A DNA stretch of 64,000 bases from an uncultured Phycisphaerales bacterium (lineage in GTDB: Bacteria; Planctomycetota; Phycisphaerae; Tepidisphaerales; Tepidisphaeraceae): contig CAVWVQ010000003.1 in NCBI GenBank assembly GCA_963758525.1, forward strand, positions 4,416,001-4,480,000, in the 5' to 3' direction. Numbering within the stretch: position 1 is the first letter of the stretch; the number at the start of each line of letters is the position of its first letter. The translations under genes were made by a program, and so were the position numbers. The notes below the pieces were generated by a model. That model was not told where the DNA came from, ran no database searches, and saw only the letters and a program-made list of their open reading frames with translations. Below, piece after piece: positions 55,643-64,000 of the stretch.

Positions 55643-56770
55643 TCACTCCTTATTGGCAACCAGCCCGCGGATCTGCTCCGTCAGATCCCCGTTGCCGAAG
55701 ACGAACGTCGCCTTGGTGCCGGCGAGGACTTCCTTCAGCATTTCCAGCTCCTTGAGCCGGGCAAGCTGCGGACTCTCCGCCAGCAGCTTCGCCGTGTTGG
55801 CCTGGCTGCGGGCGGCGGCGGTCTCTTCACGCCGCTTGATCAGGTTCGCCTCGGCTTCCTTCGTCGCTGCGATCACCTGGTTCAAGAGCGTCTTCATGTC
55901 GCCCGGCAGGATGATGTCCCGCAAGCCGACACTCTTCACCGCCACGCCGATTGCCTCGGCGCGCGCGGCCAATGCCTGACGCACTTCCGCACCGACCGCT
56001 TCCTTGTCGCCGAGCAGCGCATCGAGCGTCTTGGTCCCGACGGCCGCCCGGAGAACCAGCTGCGCTTCGCGGTAGAGCGCCTGCGCGTAATCGCCGACGC
56101 TCGTCACGGCCTTCACGGCATCCGTAACGACCCAGGTCACCAGCAGGTTCACGCGGAGCGTGACCTTATCACTGGTCATGATTTCCTGGCCCGCGACGTC
56201 GGCGACCTGCTCCCGGCGGTCGATCGTCTTCCAGGTCACCTTGCCGGTGCCCTTCCAGAAAACGTGCAACCCGCCAGCGAGCCGATCGACGAGAATGCCG
56301 TCGCGGTAGAGAAGCACATCCTCTTCCGCGCTGACCATGACCCCGTCGAACCACTTGGTCGCATCCGGCGACGCCAGGATCGTCTGGAGCTTGGCGTGCT
56401 CGAAGCGGAACGATTCGATCGAAAACGTCTCGACGTTCAGCTTCGCGGCCGTCTTCCAAAACGCGTAGCGCCCGGGTCCGAGGATCGCGAACAGCCGGTC
56501 ATCCTTCCAGACGACCGCCCGCTCCCCGTCGGCCAGGTCCACGACCTGCAGTGCCTCGCGGAGCTGCGCGTTCACGAGCAGCACCTCAAGCAGTGCATGC
56601 TCGAAGCGGGTCTTGAGCGTGTCGGCGATCTCGACCTTGTCCCCGTTTACTCCACGGCCCAGGCCGAGCAACCACCGCGACTTGACGTGGGCGCCGGGCA
56701 TGAGCAATTCCGCGAAGTCTCCATCACGGAACCACAGTCCACGCTCGTGCTGACGAATGCGAATCTTCAC
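55643..56770 (-). CDS. SPFH/Band-7 'slipin'-type protein
   Basis: Repeated ERGL/ERAV-x-DG..L.PG.Y.FW units, then GQEIMTSDKVTLRVN, LRDIILPG, RREETAAARSQANTAKL; GAGGTG RBS before GTG. Confidence 0.85.
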   Translation of the reverse strand: MKIRIRQHERGLWFRDGDFAELLMPGAHVKSRWLLGLGRGVNGDKVEIADTLKTRFEHALLEVLLVNAQLREALQVVDLADGERAVVWKDDRLFAILGPGRYAFWKTAAKLNVETFSIESFRFEHAKLQTILASPDATKWFDGVMVSAEEDVLLYRDGILVDRLAGGLHVFWKGTGKVTWKTIDRREQVADVAGQEIMTSDKVTLRVNLLVTWVVTDAVKAVTSVGDYAQALYREAQLVLRAAVGTKTLDALLGDKEAVGAEVRQALAARAEAIGVAVKSVGLRDIILPGDMKTLLNQVIAATKEAEANLIKRREETAAARSQANTAKLLAESPQLARLKELEMLKEVLAGTKATFVFGNGDLTEQIRGLVANKE

Positions 56771-56779
56771 GATGCACCT

Positions 56780-57166
56780 CTCTTTCATTCCTTCTGCAGC
56801 CGCCTTTGGCGGATTCACCCAGCCGCGGCCTCGCCGATCGCGGCACCATTTCGAACCTCTTCCGTCCAAACACCGTTGCTCAAACAACACAGGCCGAAGC
56901 CCGGCCCGCCCGTGCGCCCGCCGATCCGGCGGGATCGAGTTTCGACGCGGTTCGTCGCGAAGATCGAACCGGCGCACGCCACCCTTCGTGCAACCGGTCT
57001 TGTTCCATGGCGACGACGCCGCGGCAAACTTCCTCGACCGCAAGCCATCAACGGCGTCGCGGATGCCGCAGGAACCAACCGCCGAAGCGGTCAATTCGCC
57101 ACGATCATCCGCCGGCGTCCGTGCGGGCCGGGGTCTTCGAACCTGTTCAGTTACGCTTCGCAGCGT
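56780..57166 (-). ncRNA. Putative structured RNA upstream of slipin
   Basis: Multiple GC hairpins, two TTCG tetraloops, three GGTTCGA motifs. Confidence 0.45.
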
Positions 57167-57238
57167 TGTTAGTGACGGGAGTCGAACCCGCTACCGCAAG
57201 GTTATGAGCCTTGTGCTCTTCCAATGAGCTACACTGGT
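57167..57238 (-). ncRNA. tRNA-like RNA, CAT anticodon, defective acceptor stem
   Basis: ACCAGTG TA GCTC ATTGGAA GAGC A CAAGG CTCATAA CCTTG CGGTA GCGGG TTCGACT CCCGT CACTAAC A. Confidence 0.75.
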
Positions 57239-57363
57239 GGTCTTCATTCATGGCGTTTCGATGCCGTTCGCGGAACGCGCGCAGGGAATCTCCCAGGCGG
57301 GCCGCCGGCCGCCCTCAAACGAAGTCGATCGATGCCCCGGCACACGCCGGCGCATCATGTATC

Positions 57364-57401
57364 AAAACAAAGAACCCCGGAGGGAAACGCCTCCGGGGTT
57401 C
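57364..57401 (-). terminator. Intrinsic terminator / attenuator
   Basis: GAACCCCGGAGG-CGTTTC-CCTCCGGGGTTC followed by TTTGTTTT. Confidence 0.85.
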
Positions 57402-57425
57402 GGTGATTGCAGTATATGAATCAAC

Positions 57426-57536
57426 CTATCGCGGAGGACATCTCCCAATGATGTACAGTCCATTGGCGTATGGCATCACGCCGCCGGCTGCTGATCGGAG
57501 TTCCGATTCAAATTGTGATTTCGTCCACGCGTTCAC
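57426..57536 (-). CDS. Putative leader peptide (36 aa) ending GRCPPR
   Basis: GGAGA RBS + GTG; lies between promoter and terminator. Confidence 0.6.
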   Translation of the reverse strand: MNAWTKSQFESELRSAAGGVMPYANGLYIIGRCPPR

Positions 57537-57562
57537 GAGTATCTCCAATAACTGAGGCGGGA

Positions 57563-57590
57563 AACATAACTCAGAAAATAAAGATGTCAA
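57563..57590 (-). promoter_or_regulatory. Sigma70 promoter
   Basis: TTGACA-16-TATGTT in an AT-rich patch. Confidence 0.65.
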
Positions 57591-57658
57591 TAAAAATCTG
57601 ATCATAATTTCTGTTTTTGATACGTGATGCACTTTGGTCCGATTGTCGTGGTGACAAC

Positions 57659-58624
57659 TCACGGTGTCACGTGCATACCGTCCCGGGCAAAACGCACCGG
57701 ACCGTCGAAATTGCGGCGGATCGACGCTAGAACGGCCACGTGCGCCTCGTCGATCGTTGGATTCAAATGCGTGAGCAACAACGCGCCGACATGTGCCCCC
57801 GCTGCAACTTCCCCTATTTTCTTCGGCGGCGTGTGCAAGGCATATAGAATTGCCGGTGAGCCCGGCGGATCCAGCACAACGGTATTGAAAACCAGCAGAT
57901 CGCAATGATCGGCGATGACGCGAAGATTTTCCAAACCGGTCGCATCGATGTCGCCGGAAAACACCACGCTACGGCCTTTATAGTCGACGCGATAAATGAC
58001 GGCCGGGGCGTCGAAATGATGGCCCGCGATCGCCTCGATCCGCAGTCCATTCTCTGCCAGCAATGTCTGCGGCCGAGCGCCCGGCTGCAGTCGGGCATCC
58101 ACATCCGTTGCAGCGATCGTCAGCGGCGCGGAGAAATCAGCAAGATACGCAAACGCGCCCTGCTTGCCGAAGAGCAAATCTATGAACCGTTTTGTCGATG
58201 GAAACTCAGCAGCGCCGCTGGGGCCGAACACCTGAAAATCGATTGGACCTCGGGTAGCGACTACGCGCGCCTTGAATATTCCCGGCAATTCGCTGGCATG
58301 ATCGATATGCAGATGCGTGAGCAGAACCAGGTCGAGGTGATCGAGCGAAACATTGGCTTCACCAAGCCGGGCGAACGCACCCGAGCCCGCGTCAATGAGA
58401 ATTCTCGGCGAGCCGTCGAGCGAAAGAACAAAGCAGGTCGACGCGCGACCGACGGCGCCAGGGCCGCCCGAACCCAAGACGATCAGATCGAGTATTGCTG
58501 GCCGCGATTCGGCCAAGGGCGTTCCTGAGCGTGCATTTGCGGGTGAGTGCTCGGCTGGCGCGCACCCGGTTCCGATCATGAGGCACAGCACCGCGATCCT
58601 TGTGCAAATCCGCGGGACTAACAT
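57659..58624 (-). CDS. MBL-fold metallo-hydrolase (RNase Z/arylsulfatase-like), probable lipoprotein
   Basis: LGSGGP, IDAGSG, THLHIDH, FSGD, LHT, LTHL; N-terminal GTGC. Confidence 0.85.
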   Translation of the reverse strand: MLVPRICTRIAVLCLMIGTGCAPAEHSPANARSGTPLAESRPAILDLIVLGSGGPGAVGRASTCFVLSLDGSPRILIDAGSGAFARLGEANVSLDHLDLVLLTHLHIDHASELPGIFKARVVATRGPIDFQVFGPSGAAEFPSTKRFIDLLFGKQGAFAYLADFSAPLTIAATDVDARLQPGARPQTLLAENGLRIEAIAGHHFDAPAVIYRVDYKGRSVVFSGDIDATGLENLRVIADHCDLLVFNTVVLDPPGSPAILYALHTPPKKIGEVAAGAHVGALLLTHLNPTIDEAHVAVLASIRRNFDGPVRFARDGMHVTP

Positions 58625-58654
58625 CGATTCGCTTCCTCCGGGCCTGGTCCTGAC

Positions 58655-58831
58655 GATGAGAGAACGGCGACTTCAACATCCTCCCGCGCCGAGCGGGCCG
58701 AGATCCACCGTTTCGAGCACCATCTGCTGCTTTGCCGCCTTGGCAACCCGCGCCTTATAGTTTGCGGGCTTTCCCGGCTGCTGCTTCGTTGCGCCCGCTT
58801 TCTCGCCGCGTGTCTGGGTAAGTGTTGACAT
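58655..58831 (-). pseudogene. N-terminal remnant of a zinc-dependent alcohol dehydrogenase
   Basis: YKARVAKAAKQQMVLETVDLGPLGA[E]DVEVAV, then similarity is lost. Confidence 0.5.
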
Positions 58832-58943
58832 GGTTGTTCCTTTGGAGGGTGGAAATATTCGCATCAACCAATCGGCTCGCGCGATTCGGGTTTCGAACAA
58901 AGCCTCGTGGTCCAACCAGAATTTGCGGTTCGTTCAATCTGCG

Positions 58944-59002
58944 GCAGGGCGGGATTCATCCCGCCGCGGTTTGAGAGACGGCGGGATCAATCCCGCCCTA
59001 CA
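58944..59002. repeat. REP-like doublet (GTAG type)
   Basis: gcagggcgggattcatcccgcc ... ggcgggatcaatcccgccctac. Confidence 0.7.
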
Positions 59003-59027
59003 TCAGCAGCTTCGAGCGGAAGACCCG

Positions 59028-59396
59028 CTAGTGCGCGCCATCATAGAAGAACTGCTCGCGGCTGATCTTGTCCTCCTGATTGACTGTGTATACGCCCACT
59101 TCTTCGAGCGTGATGCGCTTGCCGGTGGCTTTGGGGGTAATGTCGAGAGTGAAGTAGACGACAAACTGATCCGGGTTCGCGCCGTTGAAGAACGGGCCGG
59201 CCACGGTTTCGCCATTGAACGCCTTGTCAGAAACCCAGTCCTCGGATTTTTTGATCACCGGCCCCTGTCCGGCCGTCTCCTTGCCATCCCCTTCGACGGA
59301 GACGATGTTCGGCGCGTACATCGTGCGCATCACGTCGAAATTCTTGCCTGCTCTGCACAATTCCACAAACTTCCTGCCAACACTTTGAACGCTCAT
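59028..59396 (-). CDS. SnoaL/NTF2-like protein
   Basis: KFVELCRAG..YAPNIVSVE..EEVGVYTV..KISREQFFY; AGGAG RBS. Confidence 0.8.
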   Translation of the reverse strand: MSVQSVGRKFVELCRAGKNFDVMRTMYAPNIVSVEGDGKETAGQGPVIKKSEDWVSDKAFNGETVAGPFFNGANPDQFVVYFTLDITPKATGKRITLEEVGVYTVNQEDKISREQFFYDGAH

Positions 59397-59496
59397 GATA
59401 TTGCTCTCCTTCGATAGTTCGATCCCGTTCGATCCTCACAGCGAACTGAACCATTGAACCATCCGACTCGCTCAACGACAGCGCGGAAACTCATAT

Positions 59497-61857
59497 TTAT
59501 TTCAGGTTAAATTCAATTTGTTTTGCGCGATTGATAGACATGTGCAGTGTTGCGTCGCGAAGTTCCGGCCGGGAGACGAGGAATTTTGCCAGAGGGGTCA
59601 CGACGAGCGTTTCGATGGCGCGCTGCAGCGGGCGAGCGCCGTAGCGGTGATCGTAGCCGGCGATACACAGCTTTTTGCAGACGTCGTCGGTCCAGCTCAA
59701 GCGGATGTTGCTGGCTCGCAGCCCTTCGCGCTGGCCGAGCTTTTTCAGCTCTGCTTCGGTGATCCCGCGGATGGTCGACTCGCTGAGCGGAGCGAACGTG
59801 ACGACGGCGTCGATGCGGTTGAAAAATTCCGGGCGGAAAAAGCTCATCGCCTCGCTGTCGTAGTCGCTGGCCGGCGCGGTTGAAAGTCCGAACGACTCCA
59901 TGCGGTCGGCGCCGAGATTCGACGTCATGATCATCAGCGCGCTGCGGAAGGTCGTGAGCCGCCCGAAACGGTCAGTGAGGCGTCCTTCGTCAAAGACGCC
60001 CAACAAGAGATCAAACACTGCGGGGGCGGCTTTTTCGATTTCATCCAGCAGCACCACCGTGAAGGGTTGCTCGCGGAGGCGTTTGATCAGTTCCGACGGC
60101 TCGCCACCGGGCGGGCCGATCAATCGTTCGGCCGCCCCCGGGCCGGCGAATTCGCTCATGTCGAGCCGGAGCATGCGCTCGCTTTTCTTGCCCATCGCCC
60201 CGAGCTGATCCTCACCTTGCCCGAAGAGAAAATCGGCGATCGTGCGTGCCAGCTCAGTTTTGCCGACGCCGGTTGGACCGCAGAACAGCAGCACGCCAAG
60301 CGGACGCCGCGGGTCGTTCAAGCCGGCCTTGAACGTGGTGATGACCCCCGCGGCGGCGGCGTACGCGGTCTCCTGTCCCATCACTTTCGCACGAAGCGCC
60401 GCCACAACGTCTTCAACTTTCAGCGGCAGTTCGTCGCGCAGAAAAAGCTCGGGCAGGCCGGTGAGCTTGATGAAGCGATTGATCACACTTTGGGAAGTTA
60501 CGATTCCTTTTGTGCCATCAGTTGCATGATGTTCGATGTCGGCGCGGTCCTTTGTGCTGCGGGCGGCAGTCGCGGCGCGTGACGTGCGGTCGAACAAATC
60601 GCGCAAAAACCCCGCGGCGCAGCCGGGGAAACTCTGGTACGGCATGAACCGCGCGAAGAGGCGATAGATCTGGGGAATGGCATCGCGCGCGTAATCGATC
60701 TTGAGATTTTGCTTCGCGACTGCGGCGAGTTGATCGAGGGCGGCAATCGCCTGCGAGGCATTGAACGGGGGGATTTCCACGATGGAGAAGCTTGCCGCGA
60801 AGCTCGGGAGCAATCGCCGGCAGGCGTCGAGCTCGGCGATGGTGGCTTCCCCGACGACCCGCATCTCGCCGCGCTGCAGGTATGGGACCAGGAACGCGGC
60901 GACGCTGTCGCTGGGCGAAGAGCCGCCGGTGCGAACAAGCTCCAGCAGGTTATCGACGCAGAGAATACCTTCTATATCGGAGAGCTTCTCGATGACCTCT
61001 TCGATGCGCTCCTGCCATTGTCCCAGATATTTCATCCCCGCGATGAGCCTGGCCGCGCTGCTCAACCAGAATCGGCTGCGCACGTGCGCGGTGTTTGCGG
61101 CATCGGGATCATCCGATTCCAACCCGTCGCGCTCCAATTTGCGCGCCGCTTCGGCCAACACCGTCGTTCTGCCAGACCCGTTTTCCCCCAGCAGCAGCAC
61201 GCTGGATCGCGAGCGGCCGAGAATGTCGACGAGCCTTGCCACTTGCGCATTGCGCTGCCACGGCCGCGAAAGACGCCGCCGCGTGCCGCGACTGCCCAAC
61301 GGTTCGGCAATGAGCGGCAGCGGATCGAGATCGGGCGGAACCTCGCGCTCCGATGCTCCCGACGGAATATGCACCGTGGCATCGTCCAAGTGCACGTCTG
61401 CCGGCGGCAAATAGCGCGACAACTCGCGCGGACTTTTTCCCTTCATCGCAGCCTGTATGTAGTGCGGCGCCAGGCCCTGCAGATCGGCCTCATCGTCGTA
61501 GGTAAATCGCACGCCGATGGTGGGCATTGAGCAGAGATACAACTGCGAGCGATCTCGTCCCAGCACCGACGGAACCCGCAGCGTGATCGTCTGCTTCAGC
61601 GAAAAGACTCGATCCTCCGTCTTATATTCCGGGCGAACGTCTGCCATCAGCCAGACAAGCTTTGGCTCGTTGAAATTGGGGCGGGAGAGCGCCTGGCCTC
61701 GTTTCATCCGCCATTGCAGAAGCTCCTTGATCTGCCCTGCGACATCGGCGCCGGTAATGCCGACGGTGGCAATGTCGTTAGGATCTTCCACCAGGCAGCC
61801 GGTGCAGCCACCGCCGGAATGCTGCCAGATGAGAATGGGATATCGGTAAGTCGGCAT
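59497..61857 (-). CDS. ClpA/ClpB-like AAA+ ATPase with atypical N-terminus
   Basis: Module 1 GENGSGRT/CVDN (degenerate); module 2 GPTGVGKT, LLDEIEKA, TSN, FRPEFFNRID, YGARPL. Confidence 0.88.
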   Translation of the reverse strand: MPTYRYPILIWQHSGGGCTGCLVEDPNDIATVGITGADVAGQIKELLQWRMKRGQALSRPNFNEPKLVWLMADVRPEYKTEDRVFSLKQTITLRVPSVLGRDRSQLYLCSMPTIGVRFTYDDEADLQGLAPHYIQAAMKGKSPRELSRYLPPADVHLDDATVHIPSGASEREVPPDLDPLPLIAEPLGSRGTRRRLSRPWQRNAQVARLVDILGRSRSSVLLLGENGSGRTTVLAEAARKLERDGLESDDPDAANTAHVRSRFWLSSAARLIAGMKYLGQWQERIEEVIEKLSDIEGILCVDNLLELVRTGGSSPSDSVAAFLVPYLQRGEMRVVGEATIAELDACRRLLPSFAASFSIVEIPPFNASQAIAALDQLAAVAKQNLKIDYARDAIPQIYRLFARFMPYQSFPGCAAGFLRDLFDRTSRAATAARSTKDRADIEHHATDGTKGIVTSQSVINRFIKLTGLPELFLRDELPLKVEDVVAALRAKVMGQETAYAAAAGVITTFKAGLNDPRRPLGVLLFCGPTGVGKTELARTIADFLFGQGEDQLGAMGKKSERMLRLDMSEFAGPGAAERLIGPPGGEPSELIKRLREQPFTVVLLDEIEKAAPAVFDLLLGVFDEGRLTDRFGRLTTFRSALMIMTSNLGADRMESFGLSTAPASDYDSEAMSFFRPEFFNRIDAVVTFAPLSESTIRGITEAELKKLGQREGLRASNIRLSWTDDVCKKLCIAGYDHRYGARPLQRAIETLVVTPLAKFLVSRPELRDATLHMSINRAKQIEFNLK

Positions 61858-61860
61858 TGG

Positions 61861-64000
61861 CTACTGCTTCGGGCTTGCGGAAAAGTCCTGCGGTATCGGA
61901 AGCTGCGCGAATATGAGTTTGCGAAGTTCGACGGCGCGTGGCAAACCGCGCATCGACATGCCGGTGCGAAGATCGACGGTGACGTTCGCAGGGTCGTAGG
62001 TTCGCACGATCGGGTTGAGCGGAAATGGATTGGGTGTGTCCGCGTCGCGTTGGATCGATGCGCGCCAGGCGAGATCGCGAGCGCGAAGTTCTCGCAGGAC
62101 GGCGTGGGCATCGGCATGGCCAAGGGGTATCACAGTCACCTGAACGACGATCACCTGCTGGCGTTCGCCGATAAACAGATGCGTGCCTTGTTCGCTGGCC
62201 ATCACGATGGCAATGCCGGGCATTTCCATGACGATCGCGTGTTCGCGACAAGCGGCAGGATCCGGCGCGTGAATCTCGCCCGTGATCCTTGCTGCGGGCG
62301 TCTGCTTGGCGGAAGTTGTCTGCGTGGAGCGTTTCGATTTGGATGCTTTCGTTGCGGTCTTGTTGGGCGTGCCATCATGGGCGGATGAATGCGAAGCAAG
62401 ATCGGACGCCACGAATCCGTATCCCGGGAGGAACAACTGGTGATAAATTCCGGCAAGCGCTTTGAACTGCTCGGCGGCGCTGGGGTTGGGGGTGCGCATC
62501 CAGACAAGGCAGCGGTCTGATGCGGGATCGCTCGTGGCGATCACTTCAAGCAGGGACACCTCGTGGATGAGTTCGGCCAGTCGATCTTCCAAGATGTGTT
62601 CGTCGGCGCTTTGCGGGTCGCCGAAGGTGTGCCCATCGGGCTCGAGCGCATGAAGCTGCGCTTCGGTATCCGCTGAGGCGCGAAGGCCGGCGCGGTTATC
62701 TCCGTCGGAGAGGGCGCGCAATTTCTTGCCCGAGCGTGGGGCGCGAATTGGGGGGCGAAAGGCGATGGTCTTTTTTGGCGCAGCGGCGAGTCGATCGATG
62801 CTGGCAATGAACCTGCGGATGTGGTCCGCGTATTCGCGCGCTGCCAGGTAGCGAAACTGCGCGGAGGATACTTCCCCCTGTTTCAGCGCAGGCAGGCTTT
62901 GTGAAGCGGCTGCGTTTTGTTCGAAGCGATGGATCGCCAGCTCCGCCCGGTCCAGTACGTCTGCCCAGTCGGTCAGATCAATCGTCACCGGCTTCAGCGA
63001 GCGTCGCTGGGCGTTTACCAGCGTCTCAACGCGCACCGCAATTCCCGAGTGTGCGGGATAGAGGTGAATCACGGCCGGAGCATCGGGCGCAGCCCCGGCA
63101 AGGTGAGCGGCGACGGGGCCGGTCAGTTGCCGCTCGATTGCGCGTTTCAGCGCCCTGCGCCGAGTTGCGGGTGATACCCCTCATCAACGACCTTCTCCAG
63201 CGCCGCGGGATCGACTGACATCACGCTACGGCGATGCGCCAGCCCATCACGACGCAGGATGTCGCCGATCAACCGCTCGGCGATTTCCCCGATCTGCCGG
63301 CGCGTAAGCCGCTCGAACGGAACGATACGGTCGATGCGGTTGACGAATTCGGGGCGAAAGAAATTCTCCGCGGCGCCGATATACGACTGGCGGTCGGACT
63401 GCCCGGCAGGACGAAGACCGAAGTGGGCGCCGGCCTGGCGCGCACCGAGGTTAGACGTCATAATGATGATCGCATTGCCAAAATCCGCGGTACGGCCCAG
63501 CGCATCGGTCAGGCGGCCTTCGCCGAGCACCTGCAACAGCAGGTCAAACACCGCCGGGTGCGCCTTGTCAATCTCATCGAGCAGCACCACTGAAAACGGC
63601 TGGCGGCGAACCGCGGCAGTCAATAAACCGTCGGGGTCAGACGATGTCCCGTTCAATCGCGCGGCGGCGTAACCGTCAGGAAACTCGTTCATGTCGAAAC
63701 GCAGCAGGCGCGTTTCATCGCCGAAGAGATATTCAGCCAGCGCCTTGCGCACTGAGTTTTGCCCACGCCCGTTGGGCCCAAAAACAGAAACGCCGCCAAC
63801 GGCCGGCCCGGATCGTTCAAGCGCGCTTTGGCGATGACGACGGCATCAGCGATCGCGTCCAGCGCCTCGGTTTGTCCGGTAACGTGCGCCGAAAGCGCCG
63901 TGATGACTTCTTCCCGGGGCAGGCGATTGCGATCGTCGAGAAACTGCAGCGACAGCCCGCTGCGGCTTCGGATTTCACTGAGCACCTCCTGGCGGCCGAT
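61861..64000 (-). CDS. Second ClpA/ClpB-like AAA+ ATPase with long C-terminal extension (partial; frameshifts near 63750 and 63156)
   Basis: GPTGVGKT, LLDEIDKA, FRPEFVNRID, LGA[R]ALKRAIE across three ORFs. Confidence 0.8.

Noticed and set aside
56771..57094. N-terminal extension of slipin in the ORF track
   Set aside because: Low-complexity Arg/Gly sequence over hairpins; a good RBS precedes GTG 56770.
57167..57238. Functional tRNA-Met/Ile2
   Set aside because: First three acceptor pairs are mismatched; reported as tRNA-like RNA instead.

Overview
GC-rich bacterial chromosome segment. Gene content and repeat style suggest Planctomycetota, probably Phycisphaerae (inference). The left ~38 kb is mostly housekeeping: tRNA-Leu, CCA-adding enzyme, typA, tatD, yraN, rpsP-trmD-rplS, cyclophilin, pepA, a histidine kinase plus diguanylate cyclase, putA, hisA, uvrC and MacAB-TolC-type efflux. 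It is studded with several palindromic REP/MITE-like families, including a 21-unit tandem array and a 201-bp in-frame insertion inside putA. The right ~25 kb is accessory: an ars operon with an IS630 inserted in one arsC, katG with a duplicated 3' end bracketing a PEP-CTERM/BrnTA islet, mazEF, and two tandem Clp-like ATPases. Two candidate undescribed systems stand out. (1) 55643-57590, minus strand: promoter -> 36-aa leader ending GRCPPR -> intrinsic terminator -> tRNA(CAT)-like RNA with a broken acceptor stem -> ~390 nt structured RNA with extra T-loop-like motifs -> SPFH/'slipin' gene. (2) 48713-49582: a stand-alone immunity-then-toxin pair resembling Imm31/Ntox17 polymorphic-toxin domains, arranged like a type II toxin-antitoxin operon. 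About ten 1-2 bp frameshifts in conserved genes are most likely long-read consensus errors. Family names come from recognising motifs by eye, not from database searches.
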